Below, in pieces: positions 1 through 7,496 of a DNA stretch of 33,868 bases (the first letter of the stretch is position 1; each line of letters starts with the position of its first letter). The stretch lies in assembly GCA_003280965.1 (NCBI GenBank), contig QCDI01000012.1, forward strand, positions 1-33,868, in the 5' to 3' direction. A program made the translations under genes and the position numbers. This DNA comes from Prochlorococcus sp. AG-355-B18. Its GTDB lineage: Bacteria; Cyanobacteriota; Cyanobacteriia; PCC-6307; Cyanobiaceae. The notes below the pieces were generated by a model. That model was not told where the DNA came from, did not search any database, and saw nothing but the letters and a program-made list of their open reading frames with translations.

Positions 1-2
1 TA

Positions 3-539
3 AAGGTAAAGAAATTAATTAATTTTGGTCCATCTGGAAGAGCTATTGCACAACCAATTGACAAAAATTTATTGGATAATATTTTTGAACATCTAACAAT
101 GGAAAGATTTGCCAACGTCCAATATTTTTCTATATACCTTTGGTTTCAGGAGAGGGATTTAAATGGTTTTGCCTCATATTTTCTAAATGAGTCAAAAGGT
201 GAAATGGAGCATGCTCAAAAATTTGCAGATTATTTAATCGCAAGAGGGCAAAGCGTAAAATTAGATGAACTTCCTGCACCTGTTCAAACATGGGATTCAA
301 TTGAGGATTTAATTTCTTATTCTTTCAACATGGAGGCAGATTTAACTTCATCTCTACAACAACTTTATTCTATTTCAGAGAGAATTTCAGACACAAGAAC
401 CAACGTCTTTTTAGACCCAATTGTAGAGGCTCAAACAAAATCAGAAGACGAATTTGCAAACATACTTGGTAAAGTTAAGTTTGCTTCAAATCAACCGTCT
501 GCAATCTTATTGATAGATAGTGATTTAAAGATAAAATAA
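3..539 (+). CDS. ftn: Ferritin (non-heme, marine picocyanobacterial type), 5'-truncated by the window edge
   Basis: The frame is open from position 3 (KVKKLINFGPSGRAIAQPIDKNLL...), so the TTG at 72 is internal. Ferroxidase-centre motifs present: MERFANVQY, EMEHA, MEADLT, EAQTKSE. Confidence 0.93.
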   Translation, partial: KVKKLINFGPSGRAIAQPIDKNLLDNIFEHLTMERFANVQYFSIYLWFQERDLNGFASYFLNESKGEMEHAQKFADYLIARGQSVKLDELPAPVQTWDSIEDLISYSFNMEADLTSSLQQLYSISERISDTRTNVFLDPIVEAQTKSEDEFANILGKVKFASNQPSAILLIDSDLKIK

Positions 540-815
540 ATTTCTTTCAAATTTATTTTCATTCAAGGTCCTTTTAGTTATTTCAATAAGTAACTTGGAG
601 AAGCTTATTTTCTCATAATTTTTTTTATTTAAGAGCTCAGCTATTTTATGAATTTCTTTAACTCTTTTAAAAATATTTTTGTTTTCCGAAAATAACCTTT
701 CTTTCAATGCTTTATTACTAGTAGTTTTGAAAGAATGTTTTATATTTCTGAGTCTATTCGATAAAACATCAACTTCTATTAACAAGTTGTTAGTAAGTGA
801 TTGTGATTCCTTCAT
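525..815 (-). CDS. Hypothetical protein (96 aa), probably co-transcribed with the Crp regulator
   Basis: ATG at 815 (MKESQSLT...) lies 4 nt after the Crp stop at 820. The longer ORF-track start would overlap the Crp gene. Confidence 0.75.
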   Translation of the reverse strand: MKESQSLTNNLLIEVDVLSNRLRNIKHSFKTTSNKALKERLFSENKNIFKRVKEIHKIAELLNKKNYEKISFSKLLIEITKRTLNENKFERNLFYL

Positions 816-819
816 GTTT

Positions 820-1407
820 TTATAACGGCGATGTTTTAATAAAAGAAGGGGCAACACTGACTGTTTGGGTTCCAATCGGAGCTATTAATAACTCTGATGA
901 TCTTAATTTAGAAATTAATCTTGTTGATGTTACACGAGTAGAACCGATTAACTCACCAATCCTTTCGTGGGTCAACCTAAAAGGTAACTCGCACCACTTA
1001 CCACATCTTCTACCTAAGCGATTTACTAGTATTGAAAACAACGCTTGTAATCGCTGTTCTGCATTACCTAAGTGTCTAATCCTAAGAAGTTGCAAAGTCC
1101 ATTCATTAACAGCATCGAAACCAATATTCTCATCAATATTTACATTGCTATGAAAAGACAAATCTGTTAATGCTTCAACACAGACACCTTCGCTACATAA
1201 AAGGTCTGTTCTTAATTGATCACCTGATTGTAAAAAAGCAAGTGTCATTCCTTCAGTCTCTTCACAAGGGCAATATACTCTAGCAATTCCACTTTCAACT
1301 TCTAGGCATGTTCCTTTTGGCCTTGATGGTGGGTCTATTAAAACGGATTGACCAGTTATTATCCTTACTGATTTTGAGGGAGATTCTCCATAGCTATGGA
1401 AATTCAT
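820..1407 (-). CDS. Crp/Fnr family transcriptional regulator (IdiB-like)
   Basis: Cupin-like N domain (VESGIARVY) and C-terminal Crp HTH (LTHERIGELIGSTRVTSTRLISKL). ATG at 1407 preferred because the longer start runs through the operator. Confidence 0.9.
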   Translation of the reverse strand: MNFHSYGESPSKSVRIITGQSVLIDPPSRPKGTCLEVESGIARVYCPCEETEGMTLAFLQSGDQLRTDLLCSEGVCVEALTDLSFHSNVNIDENIGFDAVNEWTLQLLRIRHLGNAEQRLQALFSILVNRLGRRCGKWCELPFRLTHERIGELIGSTRVTSTRLISKLRSSELLIAPIGTQTVSVAPSFIKTSPL

Positions 1408-1417
1408 TAATTTTAAT

Positions 1418-1440
1418 TTGATAATGAGAATTATTATCAA
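1418..1440. promoter_or_regulatory. Fur box 1
   Basis: GATAATGAGAATTATTATC (1420-1438) matches GATAATGATAATCATTATC at 17/19, with TT/AA flanks extending the dyad. It lies 12 nt upstream of the Crp ATG. Confidence 0.85.
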
Positions 1441-1468
1441 TTATGCACTAAAAAATTACTTATTGCAA
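1440..1468 (-). promoter_or_regulatory. Putative sigma70 promoter of the crp operon
   Basis: TTGCAA (1468-1463), 17 nt spacer, CATAAT (1445-1440) on the minus strand. Confidence 0.55.
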
Positions 1469-1488
1469 TAGATTCTCATTATCATTAT
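1465..1488. promoter_or_regulatory. Fur box 2
   Basis: Minus-strand GATAATGAGAATCTATTGC (1483-1465) is a 14/19 match, preceded by a further ATAAT unit. It overlaps the putative -35. Confidence 0.65.
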
Positions 1489-1560
1489 ATTTTTGAAGTT
1501 TTTCTTTACATGTTATTTAACAATATAATTTAAATAGAATTGCTAAAAATTTTATTTTAG

Positions 1561-1749
1561 ATGAGCGTAAATAGAGTCTGTTTTAATTGTGGAAGTTCTT
1601 CATTCGTCTCAGATCGATCTTTGGGTGGTAAGATTGTTTGCTCTAAATGTGGATCTTCTTCATTTAAAAATAAATCCCCTTCTTTTTTTAAAAGTAAAAA
1701 ATTTCTATTTCTTGCTATTGCGATAGCTATTTTTATAATTGTTATTTAG
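1561..1749 (+). CDS. Small zinc-ribbon-like protein with C-terminal membrane anchor
   Basis: CFNCG...CSKCG, a basic linker, then a hydrophobic tail (FLFLAIAIAIFIIVI). Confidence 0.7.
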   Translation: MSVNRVCFNCGSSSFVSDRSLGGKIVCSKCGSSSFKNKSPSFFKSKKFLFLAIAIAIFIIVI

Positions 1750-2530
1750 AGTTTCTGCTTATATTCCAAAGTCCATCATTTTTAGTCAATTCTATATCTA
1801 TACCATATAAATTATTTAGATTCTCACTATTTAATACTGTTTTTTGGTGGCCGTCAGCGATTATCTTTCCATCTTTTAGCATTATGACCCTGTCATATAT
1901 TTTTGTAATTGTTGAAATATCATGAGTTACGCAAAATATTTTGGTATTTAATTTTGATAATTCATTAATCTTATCAACTACGAGGAACTTAGATTTATAA
2001 TCTAAATTTGCAATTGGTTCATCTAGGATTAAGATATCCGGTTTTTTGATTAACGCCCTTGCAATTAGAGAAATTTGTTTTTCTCCATCTGATAAATGGG
2101 AAAAATATTTTTTAGATAGATTAGATATATTCATTTTCTTGATTATTTTTTCCACCTTATAAGAATCTCTTTCGGATTTATTTTTTATGAAGCAATATCT
2201 TCCATATAGTCCACTTAAAATTAAATCAAAAACTTGTAGATTTGGATTTATTCTATTTTTTATATCATTATTTACGGTACTTATTCTTTTTCTTAGTTCC
2301 CATAAATTTATAAGTTCTTTGTTGAATATCTTAAGTTTTGATTTATTAGTTATTACTGGGTATATGTTTCTATTAATTACTTCTATTAAGGATGATTTAC
2401 CTGAACCATTTGGTCCAATTAAAATTACATTCTCTGAATAAGATATCTTTAAATTTAAATCTTTAAGTACTCTATAGCCATTTTTAAAACAATTTATATT
2501 TTCTGCCTCAAACCAAAATTTATTAAACAC
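1742..2530 (-). CDS. ABC transporter ATP-binding protein (orphan, ModF-like)
   Basis: Walker A GPNGSGKS, signature LSDGE, Walker B ILILDEP, H-loop VTHD; GTG start. Confidence 0.9.
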   Translation of the reverse strand: MFNKFWFEAENINCFKNGYRVLKDLNLKISYSENVILIGPNGSGKSSLIEVINRNIYPVITNKSKLKIFNKELINLWELRKRISTVNNDIKNRINPNLQVFDLILSGLYGRYCFIKNKSERDSYKVEKIIKKMNISNLSKKYFSHLSDGEKQISLIARALIKKPDILILDEPIANLDYKSKFLVVDKINELSKLNTKIFCVTHDISTITKIYDRVIMLKDGKIIADGHQKTVLNSENLNNLYGIDIELTKNDGLWNISRNSK

Positions 2531-2634
2531 TAAAACTTATTGCTCCAAAATATAATTAATTGAATTGAGCTTAAAATAAATATAAAAAGATAAAGCCAAT
2601 TCAACCATGAAGGTCTATTTACTTTTTTCATAAA

Positions 2635-3957
2635 TTATATAATTAACATAAAAAATATAAGCGGAGAAACAAATCTTACAAATGTTTTTCTAATAATATC
2701 TATATTATTTATGATTTCTAATTTCTTTATCTCAGGTGGATATTGCAATATCACTTTGTCATATACATCAAGATTTTGGGTTTTGATAATATTATTCCAT
2801 GGTTCATCTTTATCTTCAGATTTTTTGTACCATTTCCAAAAATAATTTATTATTCTGTCTTCTCCCAATAATTTTATTTCATCTTTATTTATAAATCCCA
2901 TATTGTGGTTATAAGTTTGTGTTTTTAAAATCATATAATCTTCGTCGAATATCTTATAAAATATCTTTCTTTGAGTCTCTTTAAATAACATAAGGTTATT
3001 AAACAGTTTATTTTTTAAAAATTTCCTGTAATGTCTAACTATTACTCTTGCTTTATTATTTCCTAGTGGAATATGATCTAAAACTTGTAAATATCTAGCT
3101 GTAGATGGATCCCCTTTATAAATTAATATCCTCCCTGGTGCGATATATTTTATCCGGATAAATTCTTTTGTAGGTTCGTTCTTATAGTAATAAATACTTT
3201 CAATGTATTCATGAGTTACTTTTATTCTCTGGTTAAAACTAACTAGTACGTTTTTATTAACATCTTTATCAGGGATTGTATCTCCGTGAACCCAAAAAAG
3301 ATGAAGGATATCCAAGTGATTTTCAATTATCCTTGACCAATCACATTTAAAGTCTACTAATACCTCTTCAGATACATAATCTTTATCTGAAAACCCATTA
3401 ACAGATAAATCGTAGTTACTTATAGGTGAATCTTCATTTATATTATTTAAATCAGTGTCAGATTTTTTAGAATAATATACAAAAATATATCCATTCTTTT
3501 CTGAAGCTTTGTATTGAGATAAGTGAATTCTTTTGGCGTAGTTATCGTAGTTATTATCAACTATGTGACTGCATGTTATTCTATCGAGATTTTGGCAACT
3601 TCCGCCAGATGAGAATTTAGCTCCATGATATGGACAGGTTATTACTCCATCTGATAATGATCCTTCAAAAAAAGAGGCTCCCCTATGTGGACAAATATTT
3701 TTAATGCACCTAACGTTTTCATTCTCATCTCTATAAAGAACAAGAGGCTCATCATAGAGCGAAAAATAATATAGCTTATTTTTTTTTAGTTCTTTTGAAG
3801 GGCAAATTGCATACCAACCAAATAAACCTATTTTTAATTCATTTTGATTTTCTCTAATATCTAACGAGTCAATTTTTACTACCGTTCCTTTTTTAAATGG
3901 CTTAAGAACGGTATTAAAGTCTTTTGATTTAAAAAAATTAATTTGTCTGTTTTCCAT
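2635..3957 (-). CDS. cao: Rieske non-heme iron oxygenase, probably Prochlorococcus chlorophyllide a oxygenase (PcCAO)
   Basis: Rieske ligands CPHRG...CPYHG and mononuclear Fe motif ENHLDILHLFWVH (N-x2-D-x2-H-x4-H). The position beside ferritin, crp and the ABC ATPase matches my recollection of the PcCAO locus. Confidence 0.78.
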   Translation of the reverse strand: MENRQINFFKSKDFNTVLKPFKKGTVVKIDSLDIRENQNELKIGLFGWYAICPSKELKKNKLYYFSLYDEPLVLYRDENENVRCIKNICPHRGASFFEGSLSDGVITCPYHGAKFSSGGSCQNLDRITCSHIVDNNYDNYAKRIHLSQYKASEKNGYIFVYYSKKSDTDLNNINEDSPISNYDLSVNGFSDKDYVSEEVLVDFKCDWSRIIENHLDILHLFWVHGDTIPDKDVNKNVLVSFNQRIKVTHEYIESIYYYKNEPTKEFIRIKYIAPGRILIYKGDPSTARYLQVLDHIPLGNNKARVIVRHYRKFLKNKLFNNLMLFKETQRKIFYKIFDEDYMILKTQTYNHNMGFINKDEIKLLGEDRIINYFWKWYKKSEDKDEPWNNIIKTQNLDVYDKVILQYPPEIKKLEIINNIDIIRKTFVRFVSPLIFFMLII

Positions 3958-4114
3958 AAATTAATTTCTTTTTTAGTTGACTGTTTATCTTTCGGAACTA
4001 TAACCCAAGTAAATAATCAATTTCTTATAAAAAGAAAATTCTCTATTATTTGTAGCAATAATTATGTAGTTATTAAAAAATATTGTGTGCCTATCTTATT
4101 TTTGTATCTTTATT

Positions 4115-4309
4115 TCATGTTTTTTGTATCTTTTGTGTTTCTTTCAAATTTTTTATGTAATCAATAGCATCATCAATATTTTTGTGGAAATTGCACTGGC
4201 CCAAATAACAACCTATAAATCTTAAGAATTTTCTCTTGCCGCCACTAATTTCATATCTATGTATTGTTCCGCCATCCATAGGAGCATAAATAAATTCTGG
4301 TAATGCCAT
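4115..4309 (-). CDS. Hypothetical protein (64 aa)
   Basis: ATG-started ORF with protein-like composition (MALPEFIYAPMDGGTIHRYE...). Confidence 0.7.
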   Translation of the reverse strand: MALPEFIYAPMDGGTIHRYEISGGKRKFLRFIGCYLGQCNFHKNIDDAIDYIKNLKETQKIQKT

Positions 4310-4675
4310 ATTAATTTTGTATTTAATAATTAAATAAAGAATAATTCATGTTCAAATACATTTCCATAGCTCAATCCATATATTTAATAATTAATTTATT
4401 TATTTTTGAATAATTATTTATTGAATAACCAAGTATTATTTGTTATCTATTAATTATTGATATAGATTTTCCTTATGCCAAAAGCATTTAGGCGTTTTTT
4501 AAAAAAGCTACCAAAAAAAATCCAAACTATAAAATATTCATTTAGAGAGTTTTTATCCTCCAAGCTATGAAATAGCTGTTATGTTTAACAAACTTTAAAT
4601 TTTTATATTTTTAATAAAACATTATCTGAAAAGTTAAATTCTAAATTATATTTAATTTGCTATTTATTAAATAAA

Positions 4676-5017
4676 ATGATCAAAAGGGTTTTTACGATAT
4701 TTATTTTAACGTTGATTTTTCTATTTAATTGTCCAGTTTACTCTTTAGATATGTCCTCTAAAACTATTGATAAGTATACAAAAAAGATTTCAAATAAATT
4801 CACCAGAACTTATTGCAACACTTCAAAATTTGGAATTTCTTATGAAGGAGCCTTGGCTTTCGCTATAGGAGAGACTAATAAGGAATTTAAAAATAATAAA
4901 CTCAATAAGTTGGTAGATTATTCTTTACTAAAAAAATCAATAATTTATGATTTACAGAATAATTGCCAAATTTACGATTTTGATATTAGTAGTTTAGAGA
5001 ATTTAAAATTAAATTAG
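4676..5017 (+). CDS. Hypothetical exported protein (113 aa)
   Basis: Signal-peptide-like N terminus (MIKRVFTIFILTLIFLFNCPVYS) and a Cys pair (YCN...NCQ) in the mature part. Confidence 0.72.
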   Translation: MIKRVFTIFILTLIFLFNCPVYSLDMSSKTIDKYTKKISNKFTRTYCNTSKFGISYEGALAFAIGETNKEFKNNKLNKLVDYSLLKKSIIYDLQNNCQIYDFDISSLENLKLN

Positions 5018-5043
5018 ATAAATGAAAATTGTAAAATTCTTAT

Positions 5044-5226
5044 TTATTTTCTACCTATCCAATCATTAGGTTTCTCCATCATCCATTCGAAAACTCCCTT
5101 AGCATCAAGGTTTTTAGATGCATAAACAAACAATATTGGAAATAATAAAATTACCGCTCCAATAACTGCCATCTCTAATTTACCTATACCCATCTCGCTG
5201 GTTGTTAAGGCGAAATAATTAAGCAT
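5044..5226 (-). CDS. Small single-pass membrane protein (60 aa)
   Basis: TM segment AVIGAVILLFPILFVYA; AAGG upstream of the ATG. Confidence 0.72.
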   Translation of the reverse strand: MLNYFALTTSEMGIGKLEMAVIGAVILLFPILFVYASKNLDAKGVFEWMMEKPNDWIGRK

Positions 5227-5395
5227 TACCTTTTTTGAATTAACGTTTATTAAATAAATAATTTATGGAAATTCTACATTATTTGACTTTTTTATGAAAA
5301 ATCTTAATTGTTCATATTAATAGATATTTGTATTAAGTACCTATTTTATTGATGGAAGCTTTTTAATAACTTATATAAAGGACTCTTATTATTTG

Positions 5396-5545
5396 ATGGT
5401 TATGAATCATGAAATTATAATATTTACACCTATTTTTATAGTATTGATAGGATTTACAGTTTTTTCGATTTTAAAAAAAAGAAAGAGATCAGCTAAAAGT
5501 ATTTATAAATTAATAGATGATTTAGAAAAAAAATACATATATTAA
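5396..5545 (+). CDS. Small membrane protein (49 aa, not in ORF track)
   Basis: Hand translation MVMNHEIIIFTPIFIVLIGFTVFSILKKRKRSAKSIYKLIDDLEKKYIY shows a TM helix followed by a basic cluster. Alternative ATG at 5402. Confidence 0.5.
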   Translation: MVMNHEIIIFTPIFIVLIGFTVFSILKKRKRSAKSIYKLIDDLEKKYIY

Positions 5546-5564
5546 TTGTATTTAAAAGAAAAAA

Positions 5565-5861
5565 TTAATCAAATTCTATCCCAACTTCTTCTTTTAAATC
5601 TCTCTCTAGATCAGGAAGATGAGGTTCAACCCAATGATCTTTATTATCAATGCCAGCTGCATTTACATAGTTCATGATGTGTTGATCTACTTGTTTATAA
5701 AGATCATGCAAATTTAAATCCATACGAATGTCATGTGCAATTTCAGAAACTTGTTTTTCAGTTAAACAATGATCTGGGTGAAGTAAATCACAACAGGGGA
5801 TTCTTTTCTCAATCAATTCATTTAAATTGATTTTTATTTCGTAATCTTGATGAACAGTCAT
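5565..5861 (-). CDS. Hypothetical protein (98 aa), His/Cys-rich, possibly a family shared with cyanophages
   Basis: ATG ORF with the motif RIPCCDLLHPDHC; acidic. Confidence 0.8.
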   Translation of the reverse strand: MTVHQDYEIKINLNELIEKRIPCCDLLHPDHCLTEKQVSEIAHDIRMDLNLHDLYKQVDQHIMNYVNAAGIDNKDHWVEPHLPDLERDLKEEVGIEFD

Positions 5862-5954
5862 AGTTTTTATATCTTTATAATAATTCTAATTGTGGTTAAG
5901 GTTTTGTATATCTTTAGTCAAGAAATAAAGTTCTTAAGTATCTTTGAAGTAATT

Positions 5955-6110
5955 TTAAATAAATAGATCTTCTAAGTCTTTATATAAATCATCAATCTCT
6001 TTTGAGTTTTCTAAAGGGGCATCATAATCCAGTGAAAGTTCTTTTTTTGAAGTATAAATAAGATATCCAAGGGCTCCAAAAAGTAAGGTTGTTGGTAAAA
6101 TCATTTGCAT
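5955..6110 (-). CDS. Small membrane-anchored protein (51 aa, not in ORF track)
   Basis: Hand translation MQMILPTTLLFGALGYLIYTSKKELSLDYDAPLENSKEIDDLYKDLEDLFI. A putative promoter TTGACT (6155-6150)-N16-TATATT lies upstream. Confidence 0.6.
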   Translation of the reverse strand: MQMILPTTLLFGALGYLIYTSKKELSLDYDAPLENSKEIDDLYKDLEDLFI

Positions 6111-6132
6111 TTAATTGACTTATACTGAATAT

Positions 6133-6165
6133 AGTGCAACACTTATTACAGTCAAGTGCTGAACT
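6133..6165. promoter_or_regulatory. Paired AGTG-N3-CACT-type palindromes, putative RHH operator
   Basis: AGTGCAACACT (6133-6143) and AGTGCTGAACT (6155-6165), 22 bp apart, between divergent genes. Confidence 0.55.
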
Positions 6166-6179
6166 TTAATTAAATTTAG

Positions 6180-6476
6180 ATGCCTACGAAGAAAAAGAGA
6201 GTTGGATTTATACCAAGAGAAGAGGTTATGAAAATAATTGATAAATTAAGCATAGAAAATAATCTAAGTAACTCAAAAATAATTAGCATTTTAGTGGAAG
6301 AAGCTCTTTCTATAAGAGGCATATTTAATAAAAAAAAGGGTAAAGCAACTCAGTCATATCTAAAGATTGAGGAGAATTCAGATGACTTATCTGCAGGGCA
6401 TATTGATTTGCAAACTTATAAAAAATTCTTATCATTCCTTAAATTTCAGGAAATGATGGAAGAGTATAACAAGTAA
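6180..6476 (+). CDS. Ribbon-helix-helix (CopG-like) DNA-binding protein
   Basis: N-terminal basic beta strand KKRVGFIP, then helix EEVMKIIDKLSIENN and helix SNSKIISILVEEAL. Confidence 0.7.
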   Translation: MPTKKKRVGFIPREEVMKIIDKLSIENNLSNSKIISILVEEALSIRGIFNKKKGKATQSYLKIEENSDDLSAGHIDLQTYKKFLSFLKFQEMMEEYNK

Positions 6477-6478
6477 TT

Positions 6479-6499
6479 AGTGTTGCTAAGTGCTGCACT
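6479..6499. promoter_or_regulatory. Second pair of AGTG-N3-CACT-type sites
   Basis: AGTGTTGCTA (6479-6488) and AGTGCTGCACT (6489-6499), starting 2 nt after the RHH stop. Confidence 0.5.
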
Positions 6500-6606
6500 G
6501 TGCGATAAATTCTGTTTGTATTGATTTTCGGGAGATTTAATTATTAGAAATTATTTATCATCATTTCAAAATTCTAAATTCAATTAACCATAAAATATTT
6601 TTTCCT

Positions 6607-6921
6607 ATGAATTCATCTCTCCCAGTTTCATCTGTAAATCTACTCCCTCCAGACAGGTTATATTGTAATTTTAGTTATTGGAGTTCTTTGTTCTCTCAAG
6701 ATATGCAAATTTTGTGGGATAGAGCTCATGGAGTGCCTTTAGAAAAACTACCAAAAGGGGTATCTGATATGATTTTTCCTTATTTATTGCTAGCACTTTC
6801 AGACTATAAGACTTCTCAAAATAATAAGATGAATGGAATAGGATTAGACAATCTATTAAGCCTTTGGTTTGATAAGTATTTATTAAATAAAAATGGTTAC
6901 TTCGAGCTAATTAAAAAATAA
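6607..6921 (+). CDS. Hypothetical protein (104 aa)
   Basis: ATG ORF with protein-like composition (WDRAHGVPLEKLPKG). Confidence 0.72.
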   Translation: MNSSLPVSSVNLLPPDRLYCNFSYWSSLFSQDMQILWDRAHGVPLEKLPKGVSDMIFPYLLLALSDYKTSQNNKMNGIGLDNLLSLWFDKYLLNKNGYFELIKK

Positions 6922-7267
6922 TTTTTAAGATTAGTCATTATAATACCAAATTTGATCGCTAACAAAAAATTTATTGAGGCTAAAACTTTTTAAGTGATTC
7001 TTTTCGAATTGGCACATCAATAACCTTGCTATAAATAAATTAAATGATTTGGGGATAAATCTTTAAATTTCTGTTTATCAAATGTGTGTATTGTCGATGG
7101 AATCATGCTAAGTAGGAGAGTTAAAAAATTAAGAAAAGTAAGATAAATGAAATTTAATTCAAAGACCCTGTGCTTGATATTAAATCTATTTTTTTGCTTG
7201 TTTATATTTATAATTTAAATTTTTAGTCATTATTAATTAATTCTAAAAAATTAATTTTCAAAGTTGG

Positions 7268-7309
7268 TTGACTTTTATTGATAATGCGATGATAATGACA
7301 AAAATTATT
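7268..7309 (+). promoter_or_regulatory. Sigma70 promoter overlapped by a Fur-like box
   Basis: TTGACT (7268-7273)-N17-GATAAT (7291-7296). GATAATGACAAAAATTATT (7291-7309) is a 15/19 Fur match, with another GATAAT at 7280. Confidence 0.5.
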
Positions 7310-7316
7310 TCTAATT

Positions 7317-7490
7317 GTGAGTCCTCTTTCAGATTCTTTTGATTACTTTATCGATGATCTACTTTCATCCGATGTTAATTTGTTGAAAGGGGAACTTGAT
7401 TTTCTGCTTATGCAACATTTGTTTAATTCTATTGATTTGAAGCTTATAAATAAAACTGAAATTGAAAATAATGAATCATTAGCTGCTTAA
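7317..7490 (+). CDS. Small acidic protein (57 aa) ending in -LAA (not in ORF track)
   Basis: GTG start; MSPLSDSFDYFIDDLLSSDVNLLKGELDFLLMQHLFNSIDLKLINKTEIENNESLAA; directly downstream of a near-consensus promoter. Confidence 0.6.
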   Translation: MSPLSDSFDYFIDDLLSSDVNLLKGELDFLLMQHLFNSIDLKLINKTEIENNESLAA

Positions 7491-7496
7491 TTTTTT

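Noticed and set aside
797..1153. 118-aa plus-strand ORF
   Set aside because: Antisense shadow of the Crp gene with no motifs.
2187..2441. 84-aa plus-strand ORF (likewise 3943-4167)
   Set aside because: Antisense to or overlapping better-supported genes; composition typical of AT-rich shadow frames.
4450..4563. TTG-started 37-codon minus-strand ORF and weak hairpins at about 4476-4500 and 4563-4577
   Set aside because: No RBS or motif support; the stems are short or imperfect and could be chance, so neither a gene nor an sRNA can be supported.
6930..7230. Broken minus-strand frames that could be a pseudogene
   Set aside because: The roughly 60-codon frame has no start at its 5' end and no recognisable similarity.
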